In this document: in pieces, positions 1 through 11,300 of the stretch | How positions within the stretch are numbered: position 1 is the stretch's first letter | Layout: each line of letters starts with the position of its first letter | DNA from: Candidatus Staskawiczbacteria bacterium | GTDB taxonomy: Bacteria > Patescibacteriota > Minisyncoccia > Minisyncoccales > Staskawiczbacteraceae | Length of the DNA: 64,000 nt | NCBI GenBank assembly: GCA_903928565.1 | Contig: CAIYRH010000018.1 | Location: 10,693 to 74,692, forward strand | Reading direction: 5' to 3' | Program-made: the position numbers and the translations under genes | The notes under the pieces: model-generated | What the model was told of the DNA's origin: nothing | Database searches by the model: none | The model's input: the letters and a program-made list of their open reading frames with translations, nothing else

Positions 1-1893
1 TCCGTCAATTATTACATTGTTAGCATCTACTTGTAAGCATGTCCCGTCGCTGGTAATATTGCTTGCTAATTGGTAATACCCTGAAATATCAATTGTTCCG
101 CATTCTGTGACTTGGCAGGCGTCGCCTTCAGTTCCACTGCCGGCCCAACCATTTGGACAAGTTGGGTCAACAATAAAATCAAAATCAATTGAGCCTGAAA
201 TCTTAAAATCAAATTGGTCTGTTGGGGTTTGCAGATTCGTTAATAAAACTTTATAAATTTTTGCTCCTGAAATGTCACTAAAGCTGGCAATTTGCGGGCC
301 TTCGGTAACATTGCCGTCTGCGTCGGTGTAAACCGGAAATACTTGGATAGACGAGTTGGTAGTTTGTAGTGGGTAGTTTGTAGCACGAGCATAAATTGTA
401 TTATCGTTTTTGTTTGTTAGTGTTTTTTCAAAAGTAAACCTAACATATTGATTGTTAGTTATTGTTGCATAATTGCCGTCTTGAGTTTTAACTGTGTCGT
501 AAATATCAGATAATATAGTTTGGTCGGTGTCTAGTTGGAATGCTTTTGAAATAAAAATAATATTGAAAATTTGTTCTGACAAGTGCGGAACAGTCCATTC
601 AACATAATCTAATTTACCATTGTTGTCTGTGTCGTAAGCGTGAAAAGCAACATCTTGGTTGCCGTTGGTTTCCCATTTAATTTTTATTTTATCTTCTTGC
701 CCTACTTTAAATATTTCTGGAATTTTTGTTGACGCTAAAACATCTACAAGCGGAGCTTGCGCATCTTCATTTGTTGCTGAAACAGTCACCTGTTGCCCAG
801 TGTCGGTTGCCTCGGAAACAATTTCCGGAGCTGGAGTTTCATATTGAATTGCCACAAAATCTCCGGCTGGGGCATCGGGCGTTGGCGTTACAGCGGGCGT
901 TACCGATGGTTTTGGTGCCGGCGCCGAAGTACTTTTAATATCGGCCACCAAAACCGTTACAACTGCCGGAGCCGTGCTAGTTGCCGACTTGCTTGTTGCA
1001 ACAATGTTTGCGGTGCCTGCAGAAACAGGCGCCACTACACCGCTAGAATTTACAGTGGCTACTGCGGTGTTGTCTGATGCCCAAATTAAATCTGCAGTAA
1101 TTGGCATACCACTTTGATCTAAAGTTTCTGCTGTTAATTGTTGAGTGCTACCACCAACTGTTAAGTCTAATGTTAACGGTGAAATATTAATTGTTGTTAA
1201 AACCGGAGTTGAAACCTCGGTTGGCGGGGTTGCAATATTTACATATGTTGCATCTACCGCCGGCGTGATGGTTTGGTCTGCCGGTTGTCCACCTATATTT
1301 TGTATAATCTCTGAAACCGGAATTACATTTTCAACGGCATCACCCAAATCGGCAAACATAAATTTAAAAGCATCGCTTATGCTGGCAAAAGAAGAACTAA
1401 AACCTTTTATTAAGGCATTTCTCTGATTTTTAACCGGCACTACCGCCAGCTGTTGCCGTTGCGCTAAAGATAACCGTGGTTGCGGTTTTGACGACAATAT
1501 AATTTTTGCTTGCTCTGCGCTGGCCTGTTTAACTTTTATATTCTGCGCTTCTTTTGGTAATTGCGCCAAATATTTTCCATTTTTAATTTGGCTTTTAGGC
1601 ACCAACATGGTCCATTTAACCGGTTGGCCAGCCACAATTTGTGCTTGTTTTATTGTAGAACCCGCTACTATTTTGCTTTCTGGTATTTTGGGAAATAAAA
1701 TAGCTGAACTTATACCCAAAACAACAACCAAAAGCAAAACTGCTACCGAAGTAGAAACCCAAATTGCTCTTCTTCTCTTTTGCTTTTTTAGTTTTTTTTC
1801 TTGATATGCTTTTACAAGCTCGGCAGGAAAAACTAGCTTGTCTGAAGAAGATTTTTTAGGTAAAGTTTTTTTTATTTTTTTAGCAACTGGCAT
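1..1893 (-). CDS. Large membrane-anchored surface protein, 5' part only (gene continues beyond window start); N-terminal TM anchor, Big_2-like Ig domain, beta-helix-like C-proximal part; N-terminal region paralogous to residues ~300-460 of the 2293-aa protein
   Basis: ATG at 1891-1893 (minus) followed by Lys-rich and hydrophobic segment; DNA and protein similarity between 600-760 and 11180-11340 (KIKIKW..DY.EWTVPHLSEQ.F.IIFISKAFQLD); the six-frame track missed it because the stop lies outside the window. Confidence 0.55.
   Translation of the reverse strand, partial: MPVAKKIKKTLPKKSSSDKLVFPAELVKAYQEKKLKKQKRRRAIWVSTSVAVLLLVVVLGISSAILFPKIPESKIVAGSTIKQAQIVAGQPVKWTMLVPKSQIKNGKYLAQLPKEAQNIKVKQASAEQAKIILSSKPQPRLSLAQRQQLAVVPVKNQRNALIKGFSSSFASISDAFKFMFADLGDAVENVIPVSEIIQNIGGQPADQTITPAVDATYVNIATPPTEVSTPVLTTINISPLTLDLTVGGSTQQLTAETLDQSGMPITADLIWASDNTAVATVNSSGVVAPVSAGTANIVATSKSATSTAPAVVTVLVADIKSTSAPAPKPSVTPAVTPTPDAPAGDFVAIQYETPAPEIVSEATDTGQQVTVSATNEDAQAPLVDVLASTKIPEIFKVGQEDKIKIKWETNGNQDVAFHAYDTDNNGKLDYVEWTVPHLSEQIFNIIFISKAFQLDTDQTILSDIYDTVKTQDGNYATITNNQYVRFTFEKTLTNKNDNTIYARATNYPLQTTNSSIQVFPVYTDADGNVTEGPQIASFSDISGAKIYKVLLTNLQTPTDQFDFKISGSIDFDFIVDPTCPNGWAGSGTEGDACQVTECGTIDISGYYQLASNITSDGTCLQVDANNVIIDG
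352..386. repeat. Degenerate heptamer tandem repeat (AGTTTGT-like x5) inside CDS
   Basis: agttggtagtttgtagtgggtagtttgtag read directly; same unit as at 22865-22897. Confidence 0.6.
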
Positions 1894-1981
1894 TAAAATT
1901 TATATGAAAAATATAAAAATAGTGATTAATATATAATACGCCTATTTAAATTCAAGCACAACACTGTGAATAACTTTAAAG

Positions 1982-3358
1982 TTATAAATTATTTTTACTT
2001 TTTTTGGCATCTCTAAAAAAATTGTAGGCAACCAAACAGAAAAGAATAATTATTAAAATTGTGTTCCAATTAAAGAGCGCCAACACATCAAATTCTTTCT
2101 TAAGCGCTATGTTGGCGTGTATTTCTTTTCCTTCAGCCACGCTGAACGCATCTCCTTGAAAAAGATAATAGTTAGGAGCAGAAACCGTAATATAATATGT
2201 GCCCGCTGGCACTAAAAAGGCGTAGTTTCCGGTAGCGTCGGTTATTTGAGGATTTTCTTGACCAAATTCGCCGGCGTTCCATAATTCATAACCGCCCGCT
2301 TCGTTTAACTTATACAAAGAAACTGTTGCATTATTTATGCGGAGTTCTTTGTCCCCCGTTCTTTCGTAAATATATCCTTCTGGGTCAACTAACGTGGTAA
2401 ATTTAATATCTTTTTTTTCTGCAACTTGCCCGCCATAATCTATTGAAGAAACAACTTCATATTCTCCTTTTACAACCGGAGCTTTTATATCAGCAACATA
2501 AATTCCGTCTTTGTCATCATCGTTGTAATTAAAATTTAAAATCACAAATTGCTGGTCATTTTGTGGCAATAATGCTACTCCACTTTTTGGAACGTAATTT
2601 GAAGAAACACCCGCGCTGCTTAAAGCCGAAAGCGCAACGTTGAAAGATGGAATATATTTTCCAGTAAAGGCGATTTTGGTGGCCGGAGTTTTAAAAAGCA
2701 TATATCCAGATACTGTTTTTGCTCCTGGTTTTGGTTTTAAAATTAAACGTAGTGATTCTCCTGAAAAAACATTAATTTTTTGTTTCACAACTCCAGCGTC
2801 TGAAAAATCTAATTTCGTTAAAGCGTCAATTTTCCCGTCGCCTAACAAGACAAACATTGTTTCGGCCGGTATTTTATTTTTTTGCTCTTGAGTAAGACTT
2901 GCAAAACTAGCTCCTGTCAATTCTTTAAGACCCGGCAAAAAAATATTATAATTTTGAAGTTTAACAATATCCTCTGCGCTACTAATATTTAACTTAGAAA
3001 GTATTCTACTAAAATCAGGAATTTTTTGGGTTAAATCTGCCACAGCCATTGGCAATAAACTAATAATGGCTGGAGTAGATGGCGTTGGAGTTTTTTCGGG
3101 TAAAATATTTTTCTCTGGTTGCACCGACGGATTTATTGCTGGCGGTATTGGTTTTTTTTCTGGCGGGGTTGAGGTTGGAACCGGAGGATAATAGCCACCA
3201 CCACCCGGACCAGTTTGGCTTTCTTCTACTCCAGGCACATAAACGCTTACATTAGAAATTTCTGCGGTGAAAAAATTACCAGCAACTGGCGCTAAAACTA
3301 AAATAAAAGATACTATAAATGCTAAACCTAATATTTTGTTTTCTATTTTTTCAGCCAT
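1982..3358 (-). CDS. Hypothetical membrane-anchored protein with Pro/Thr-rich linker and carboxypeptidase-regulatory-like beta-sandwich segment; C-terminal TM
   Basis: 458-aa ORF; N-terminal hydrophobic segment, PPxP-rich linker, motif GNYAFLVPAGTYYITVSAPNYY, C-terminal hydrophobic stretch. Confidence 0.55.
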   Translation of the reverse strand: MAEKIENKILGLAFIVSFILVLAPVAGNFFTAEISNVSVYVPGVEESQTGPGGGGYYPPVPTSTPPEKKPIPPAINPSVQPEKNILPEKTPTPSTPAIISLLPMAVADLTQKIPDFSRILSKLNISSAEDIVKLQNYNIFLPGLKELTGASFASLTQEQKNKIPAETMFVLLGDGKIDALTKLDFSDAGVVKQKINVFSGESLRLILKPKPGAKTVSGYMLFKTPATKIAFTGKYIPSFNVALSALSSAGVSSNYVPKSGVALLPQNDQQFVILNFNYNDDDKDGIYVADIKAPVVKGEYEVVSSIDYGGQVAEKKDIKFTTLVDPEGYIYERTGDKELRINNATVSLYKLNEAGGYELWNAGEFGQENPQITDATGNYAFLVPAGTYYITVSAPNYYLFQGDAFSVAEGKEIHANIALKKEFDVLALFNWNTILIIILFCLVAYNFFRDAKKSKNNL

Positions 3359-3367
3359 TTTATTATT

Positions 3368-4357
3368 TTACTTGCCGCCGTGAATTCTTAATTTTTTAAC
3401 TTCTTCTTTTTCTTCACGAGGCTTACCACCACCATTATTTTTATTTTTACGTAAAATTATAATTATAATTATTATCAATACTATAATCACTATAACGGCT
3501 CCAATTAACATATAAACCCAAGGTGGAATTGCTGAAAAGTTTGGCATTGGGAATACAAAACCTTTTTGTTTATTTTTAGCAATTACTGACGGACTCACTA
3601 CATTAAAAACCATTTTACTATCTACGGCGACCTTGTTTCCACTATAAATTTTTACATCAGCCCAATAAGACCCCAAATCTAAATTGTTTGGAAAATCAAC
3701 CGAAATATCTTTAGTTTGGAATGATTGAACTTTTTCTGTTATATCTTCGTCTTGCTGGCCTAATTGTTTTGAATGGTATTGGTCAAAAAATGTTAAGCTT
3801 ACTTTTGTTGGCCCATTTTCAACATTGCCTTCGTTTTTTACTTTAATTATAAATTTAATTGGAGCACCTTTAGCAACATCGGGAATTTGAAAATTTCTTA
3901 TAGAAAAATCAGAAACTTTTATGTCTGTAACGTCTAAATTAATTGCAACTTCAGCTCCTAAAGTTACTTGAACTCCTCCGGGGTTTTTAGTGGCCGGTAA
4001 AGTATTTATATGAATTTTCCCCTTATAATTACCAAGAGCAGCGGTAGGCGGCACATTTACGTCAACCTTCATTGCAAACTGTTGCGTGCCTTTTGGAATA
4101 TTAAAACTGTTTCCGTTTTCTATTGTAATCCAGCTATTGATTGCGCCGGCATCAACTGCAACCGTAGCATTAAGATCTTGATCTGGCGTGCCCTGAATTA
4201 AATAAATATTTTGTTCGTAAAAAGAACCGGGCACAAGATTTTTATTTGCAACTGTTGGCGGAGAAATACCAAATCCGGCAAGCGCAACACCACTTTGAGA
4301 AATAAAAAATATAAATAGCGTTAGCGCAAATGCAAATATCTTGGTTTTATAATTCAT
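3368..4357 (-). CDS. Hypothetical secreted/surface protein with C-terminal TM anchor and basic tail
   Basis: 329-aa ORF; signal-like N-terminus; C-terminal IVIIVLIIIIIIILRKNK. Confidence 0.55.
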   Translation of the reverse strand: MNYKTKIFAFALTLFIFFISQSGVALAGFGISPPTVANKNLVPGSFYEQNIYLIQGTPDQDLNATVAVDAGAINSWITIENGNSFNIPKGTQQFAMKVDVNVPPTAALGNYKGKIHINTLPATKNPGGVQVTLGAEVAINLDVTDIKVSDFSIRNFQIPDVAKGAPIKFIIKVKNEGNVENGPTKVSLTFFDQYHSKQLGQQDEDITEKVQSFQTKDISVDFPNNLDLGSYWADVKIYSGNKVAVDSKMVFNVVSPSVIAKNKQKGFVFPMPNFSAIPPWVYMLIGAVIVIIVLIIIIIIILRKNKNNGGGKPREEKEEVKKLRIHGGK

Positions 4358-4378
4358 TAAAATTTTAAATTAATATTA

Positions 4379-5329
4379 TTAAATAGCGGCTATTGCAGTA
4401 AACGTTGTTGTGCCCGAACACGTTCCCTTGGTTCCATTTGGAATGCCAACCTGCCAATAAGTATCCTGTGCAACTGGAACATTATTATAAGCTGGAGTTG
4501 CAAAAGTTCCGTTAACTGCTACGTCACCAGTTGTTAAAGCAGTTGCCCCGCCGCCGCCATAACTGAATGAAGCTAAATTATATTGTTCGTTTCCAACAGG
4601 AATAGCTCCCCTGCCATCGCAAGTTAAATCTGTTCCTTTAACATTAAAATCAATTGCAATATTTCCCGTATCTTTTACTGCTGATTTATGGTCACCCGTA
4701 GAATTACTCCCAGGAGCCACAGAACCATAAGCTATGTCTCCCACGCTAAGCGATTGCAAATCATTTAATGTAACTGCCGAAGATTCGCTCGCCCCTGCCG
4801 GGCCAGCGCTATCAGATGGAGTAACGGTTGTTTTCCATGTTCCACCATCGGCGTAATATTGAATATCAAAATTATGACTTACAGCATAAGTTAAGTCACT
4901 ATCGCCCGTACAGCTTGAATTAGAGGCGGGCGTAGAATCTGTCCAAACATAACAAGTATCGTAGTTGGTGACCGTGCACCCGGCGGCGCTACCCTTATAA
5001 ATTTTAACTTCTACCGAAGTTAAATCTTTGCAACTGTTATAATCTGTAACGTCACCAGTTACACCAATTGATGTTGTTGTGTTTTCGGTAAGAGTTATTT
5101 CTGTTTCACTATTAGTATTTCCATGCAAAACAACACTGGTTGTAGTTGGTGCGCTGTTTTCAACGGTAACCGTAACTTGCGAAATTCCGCCAAGGAAATA
5201 TTTTTTATATTTTCCTAAAGTATTTGGATAAATAGAAACAATTAAAACAAATATTAAGAGCACCAAAACACCAACCAACGCTGGCAGTCTTTTTTGTGGT
5301 TTCTTTTCCGTAATTTCAGTGCCTTCCAT
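4379..5329 (-). CDS. Hypothetical membrane-anchored Ser/Thr-rich protein; C-terminal ~150-aa domain shared with the C-terminus of the 2293-aa protein
   Basis: C-terminus ...NEQYNLASFSYGGG...QDTYWQVGIPNGTKGTCSGTTTF aligns with ...YEQYHLTSFVYGGG...QDTYWQMYVPNGVKGTCTGSTTF. Confidence 0.6.
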   Translation of the reverse strand: MEGTEITEKKPQKRLPALVGVLVLLIFVLIVSIYPNTLGKYKKYFLGGISQVTVTVENSAPTTTSVVLHGNTNSETEITLTENTTTSIGVTGDVTDYNSCKDLTSVEVKIYKGSAAGCTVTNYDTCYVWTDSTPASNSSCTGDSDLTYAVSHNFDIQYYADGGTWKTTVTPSDSAGPAGASESSAVTLNDLQSLSVGDIAYGSVAPGSNSTGDHKSAVKDTGNIAIDFNVKGTDLTCDGRGAIPVGNEQYNLASFSYGGGGATALTTGDVAVNGTFATPAYNNVPVAQDTYWQVGIPNGTKGTCSGTTTFTAIAAI

Positions 5330-5386
5330 AAAAATTAATATTTATTAATTGTAAATTATTAATTACCTAATTGCAAATTAATAATT

Positions 5387-8300
5387 TTAATTTACGCCAA
5401 AAGTTGTAGAGCCCGTGCACGTGCCCTTAACACCATTTGGAACATACATTTGCCAATAAGTATCTTGCGTGGGCAATGGAGTTGATTGCGTTGGTTTGTT
5501 TATGCTGGCCCCCGTGTCTGTTTCAACTTGCGCAAGTGCGGCGCCACCGCCATAAACAAAGCTGGTTAAATGGTATTGCTCATAACCAATAGCAATTGTT
5601 CCGCGAGAGCTACAGGTTAAAGCTGACTCTACCCCAGAAACTTTAAATCCTGTTGCCACGTTTCCTTCGTTAGTTACGGTTGCTTTATGATCTGAGGTTG
5701 TATTTTGCCCAGGAGTAAGCGAACCATAATTTAATGACGACACGTCAATATATTTTAATGTATCCATTTCAATTCCAGAAGAAACGGTGCTGGTGCCCGC
5801 ACCAACGTGATCGGCCGGAGTTATTTTGCAAAGCCAATTTTCGCCAGAATAAGTACCAGCATCTGTTGCGTCGGCATAATAATAAACTGAAAAAGTACAA
5901 GTGTAAACTTGCGTATTTCCCGAACCACCCGAAGCAACACATTGGCTTGTTAAAGTATAATGATTGCTTCTATCATCACCAGCACCGGCGCCAACTCCAC
6001 TTCTATATAATACCGCTGTCACACCGGTTAAATCTGAATAACCATTACCGTCATAAGCGGTTGCCGAGCAAACAACATTTTTTGTTGAATTTCCTATTAA
6101 AGTTATATCGGTTGATGATAAAGTTGTAGCGTCATAAGTTGAAACACTTCCCGATATATATGGCGCAACGTTAAAAAGCCAATTTAGATTATGACCGCCG
6201 TCAATTGAATTAGTTTGCACGACTGTTGTTCCACCAGAAGCATCAGAATCTGTAACGTCTGCATAATTAATTGCAAAAGTTCCATTGGCTACCAACCCCC
6301 ATCTTGTTCCGGGGCTGTCAGAAACTAAATTAACTCTGTCGTTATTGTCTATTCCTTGCAAAGTTAAAAGTCCTGCGATTGTTTGCGTGCCGGTATGATC
6401 AAAAGTTAAAATCACATCTGTAGAATTATTTGTTGTGTCGATTTTTGAAAAGTTTTTAAAATTAGTTGAGCCGGCGATTGATTGGTTTGTGCCATTAAAA
6501 GTTACCGTGCCGTTATTGTGATTAAACGTTCCTGTTGTATGCGACCAATTACCCGCCACTGAAAGATTTCCAGAGGTTGAATTGAAGGTTCCACCAGATA
6601 ATGAAAAGTTTCCCCCAATGTTTATGTCTCCGGTTCCAACAAACGTTCCGCCAGATTGTAAAAACTGTCCTGTTCCAAGACCAGAAGAATTATTTACTGT
6701 TAATGTTCCTGCATTAAGTGTAGTGCCACCAGAAAAAATATTTGTTCCCGACAAAGTAAGTGCTCCAGCTCCAGCTTTTGTCATAACATATGAGTTACTT
6801 CCGCTAATTCCCCCTTCAAAAGTTAATGTTTTCCCTGCAGTATTTGTTGTTATTTGGGAACTTGCATACAACATTGAAGAAGAAACCGTATCAAAACTTA
6901 GATCATTCGTGCCTGCAAATGCAAAATTTCCATAAAAAGAACAGCTCGTGCCAGTCACTGTCAGGGGGCTACCCGAAGTATTGTCAATTGTACCTCCATA
7001 TAAATAAAGAATTCCGTAAGGGCCACCAAGTGCGCCTGCGTTTGCAATATTTAAGGTGCCGGCGTAAACAGACACTCCACCAAAAGCAATAGCGGGGTTA
7101 TCGTCTGTATTATTATCTCCAGAAAGAGTAAGCGCACCTGTGCCATATTTTCCTATGCCGATATAATTAGTATCATCGTTAATTGTGCCACTAATTGTTA
7201 GATTTCCGCCATTCACGGTTATATAATGATAATCGCTTTGCCACCAAGCGCCAGAAAAATTTATATCTTTTGTGCCGGTGAATGCAAAATTACCACCCCA
7301 ATTTATATCATTAGTTACAGTAATAGGGTTACCAGAAGTATTATTTATTGTTCCGCCATTAATCCAAGCTAAAGCGCTTCCCAAAGCCGAAGCGTTGTTT
7401 ATATTTAATATACCGGTATTCATTTGAAAGCCGCCTGAAAAATTATTCGCACCAGAAAGCGTAAGCGTGCCATCACCATTTTTTTGAATACCAAACGTGG
7501 ACCCAGAAATAATTCCACCTATGGCTAATGTTCCTGTATTTATAGTCCATACACAAGTCGTTCCCAACGCAACAGCACCAGACCAAGTTCCTCCGGTAAA
7601 CGCCATATTCGCGTTTGAATTAATTGTAGCGGCAGTAATATTTATGGTTGATAATGGTGTAGTTCCGCCAACTACTCCACCAAAAGTTACCGTGGTGTTG
7701 GCCCCTCCGCTAACTGTAAGAGTTTGGGCGCCGTTAATTGTTTGTGCGAAATTTATCGTGTGAGCTGTACCTGAACAATTTACTGTAACGGGCGATCCTA
7801 AAACAACGGGCCCGGTGAATGTTGCGCCGTAGTTGGCAGCTATAGTAATTAGTGAGGTATTTAAATTAATTGCCGTGCCAGCTGTAACAGAAAGAGTCTG
7901 GATAGGTGTTGGGCTACCAATTATTCCGCCAAAAGCAACCGTAGTACCAGCTACTCCGCTAATTGTAAAAGTATACGCACCGCTAATACTAGAAGTAAAA
8001 TTAATTGTATGGGCCGTACCCGAACAATTAATTTGCACATTAGCACCCAAAACAACGGGCCCAGTAAATGTCGCGCCGTAGTTGGCAGCTATAGTAACAT
8101 TTTTAGACAAATTAATCGCCGTACTAGCGGTTACTGATAAAGTTCTTATGGGCGTTGATCCACCGATTATTCCGCCAAAAGTTACTGTACCAAAACTTCC
8201 GCTATTAATAGTAAGTGTATATGCCCCATTGATGGTCGCCGTGCTACCGCTAAAGTTTACGGTATTACTACCTGAAGTAGTAATTGAAGTGTTAACTCCA

Positions 8301-11300
8301 AGCACAACCGGACCCAAAAATGTTGGGCTATATCCCGAGGCAAGAGTAATTCCCGTAGTATTTATATTAATTGCTGTGCCGGCGGTAACTGAGAGGGTTT
8401 GTATGGGTGTTGAGCCTCCAATAATTCCGCCAAATGTTGCTGTTGTGTTTGTGCCTCCATTAATATAAAGTCCTTGGGCACCATTTATAGTAGATGTAAA
8501 ATTAATTGTGTGCGACGTGCCTGAGCAACCAATAGAAACCGTGGCGCCCAATACAACTGGTCCCGTAAATGTTGCGCCGTAGTTAGCGGCCAAAGTAATT
8601 CCTGCGCCATTTAAATTTATTGCCGTGCCGGCGGTGACTGCAAGAGTGTGTATCGGCGTTGGGCTACCAATGCTTCCACCGAAAGTAACCGTAGTGCCAG
8701 CAACTCCGGCAATAGTTAAATTATTTGCTCCACTAACACTTGAAGTAAAATTAATTGTGCTGGTTCCCGCTGGAGTAATAGTAACCGTTGCAGAATTTAA
8801 AGTTACTGGCCCAGTAAACGTAGCGCCATAACCCGAGGCAAGAGTAATTGCAGACGTGGAAAGACTAATAGCTGTTCCGGCGGTAACAGAAAGCGTACGT
8901 ATAGGAGTTAAATTCCCGATAGTACCATAAAAATAAACCGTACCCGAAGCCCCCGCATTAATTGTAAGATTATTAGCACCATTAACAGGGCTCATAAAAG
9001 TAACCGAGTTTGTACCAGAGGTGGTTATGGTTGTTGTAGGCGACCCCAAAGTTACAGCAGCGTTAAACGACAGATTATAACCCGAAGCAAGAGTAATTGC
9101 AGAGGTATTAAGGTTAATAGCAGTACTACCACTAAAAGAAAGTGTGTGCAATGGAGTTGTACCCCCAATGGCACCACCTAAAGTTAAAGTGCTTGAACCT
9201 GCTGTTAAGTTATAAGCGCCGTTAATTGTTCCAGCGAAATTAACTGTGTTAACACCCGCGGTGCTAATTGCAAGATTAGCCCCTAAAACAACCGGGCCGG
9301 TAAATGTTGCACTATATCCAGAATATAATGTTATTGCTGTAGTATTTAAATTTATTGCTGTGCCGGCAGTGACCGAAAGATTATGTAATGGCGTTGAGCC
9401 ACCTATAATGCCTCCAAAAGTAACTGTTGTACTCGCACCTCCGTTAATAGTTAGATTCGCCGATGAATTAATGGTAGAAGTAAAATTAATTGTGTGCGCT
9501 GTACCAGAGCAATTAATAGTGACATCTGTGCCTAGCGCAACCGGGCCGGTAAATGTTGCCCCATAGTTAGCAGCAATAGTTATTGCTGAGGCGCTTAAAT
9601 TTATTCCCGAAGTAGCGGTGACTGAAAGTGTGCGTATGGGCGTTGTGCCGCCAATAACACCAGAAAAATTCACCGAGCCAGAAGCTCCAGCATTAATTGT
9701 TAGAGTGTAGGCACCATTTATTGTTGTGGAGCTAGAACCACTAAAACCAACAGTATTTGTCCCCGAAGTAGTAATTGAAATATTTGCGCCTAAAACAACC
9801 GGGCCGGTAAATGAAGGACTATAACCCGAAGCAAAAGTAATTGCTGTAGTATTTAAATTTATTGCTGTGCTGGCGGTGATATAAAAATTTCGTATTGGCG
9901 TTGAGCCACCTATAATACCACCAAAAGTAACCGTGCCAGTGCCAGCGCCAACTGTTAAGTTATATGCTCCGTTAATGGTTGATGTAAAATTAACTGTATT
10001 AGTGCCTGAAGTAGTAATGGCAACATTAGCTCCCAACACAACAGCCCCCGTAAATGTTATACCATAAGTAGAGGCAAGGGTAATGGCCGTGGTGTTTAAA
10101 TTAATTGTGGTTGCGGTTACGGCCAAAGTTCTTATTGGCGTTGAGCCTCCAATATTTCCACCAAAAGTAACGATTCCGCCCGTATCACTAATTGTTAACG
10201 TATAAGCGCCATTAATTGTCCCTCCAATTGTCAAAGTTTGGCTGTTACTTATGGTCACGGTAGTATTTGCGCCAAGCGTTACAGCTCCAGTGCCAAGGTT
10301 TAAAGCTTGTGTGCCAGTAAATGCAAAGCTTGCGTTCCAAGTCTCTGCGTTATTAATGGTTACAGAACCAGCCGAAGTGTTATCTATTGTTCCACCATTA
10401 ATGGTAAGCGTTCCCGCGCCAAGAGCAAGGGCACTATTTATATTTAAAGTGCCCCCGGCATTTAAAGTCACGCCACCAGAAAGAGTATTGCTGTTTATTA
10501 AAGTAAGTTTACCGGCAGAAATTGCTACAGCCCCCGCAGATGTTACGATATATGTAGACGTTTGAGTTACAGTGCCAGAATATCCACTGTTTAATTGCAA
10601 TGCAGCAACGCTGACATCAACATTAATATTACAATCAGCAGTGCTTGTAGTATCAAAAACAGCAGTATCGCTAGAAGTTGGCACGTGCCCCAAAGACCAA
10701 TTATTTGCGTCGTTGTAGCTGTTATTATTGTCAGTATTTGTCCAGTAATTATTTGGGTCAACTACAAAATCAACGTCTACATTACCAAATATTTTTAAAT
10801 CAAAAGTATCTGTTGAATTTTGCAAATTAGTTAACGGAATTTTATAGGTATCTTCGTGGTCTATATTTTCAAAAGTTGCAACTAACGGGCCATCGGTCAT
10901 ATTTCCATTTTCATCGGTATAAACAGGATAAACTTCTATTTTAACTGGAGAGCTTGGATCTCTCGGCCTGGCATAAATAGTATTATCGTTAAAGTTTTGC
11001 AATGCTTGATCAAAAGTTGCTCTAATATATTGGCCGTCGGTTAATTGCGCCCAATTACCATCTTGTGCGCGAACTTTATCATAAATATCAGAAATTATAT
11101 TTTGACTTGCGTCCAATTGAAAAGCTTTAGATATAAAAATTATTTCAAATGTTTGCTCAGATAAGTGGGGAACCGTCCACTCTAAATAGTCAATTAAACC
11201 ATTGCCATCTAAATCTTTGGCGGTAAATTTAACTTCTTGGCCGTCATTGCTTTTCCATTTTATTTTTATTTTTTTCTCATCGCCAACTTTATAAATTTCT

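Noticed and set aside
659-1804. Plus-strand ORFs (62-94 aa) listed in the track
   Set aside because: They lie antisense inside a long minus-strand surface-protein gene whose stop is outside the window; their compositions look like frame artefacts of Gly/Thr/Ala-rich repeats
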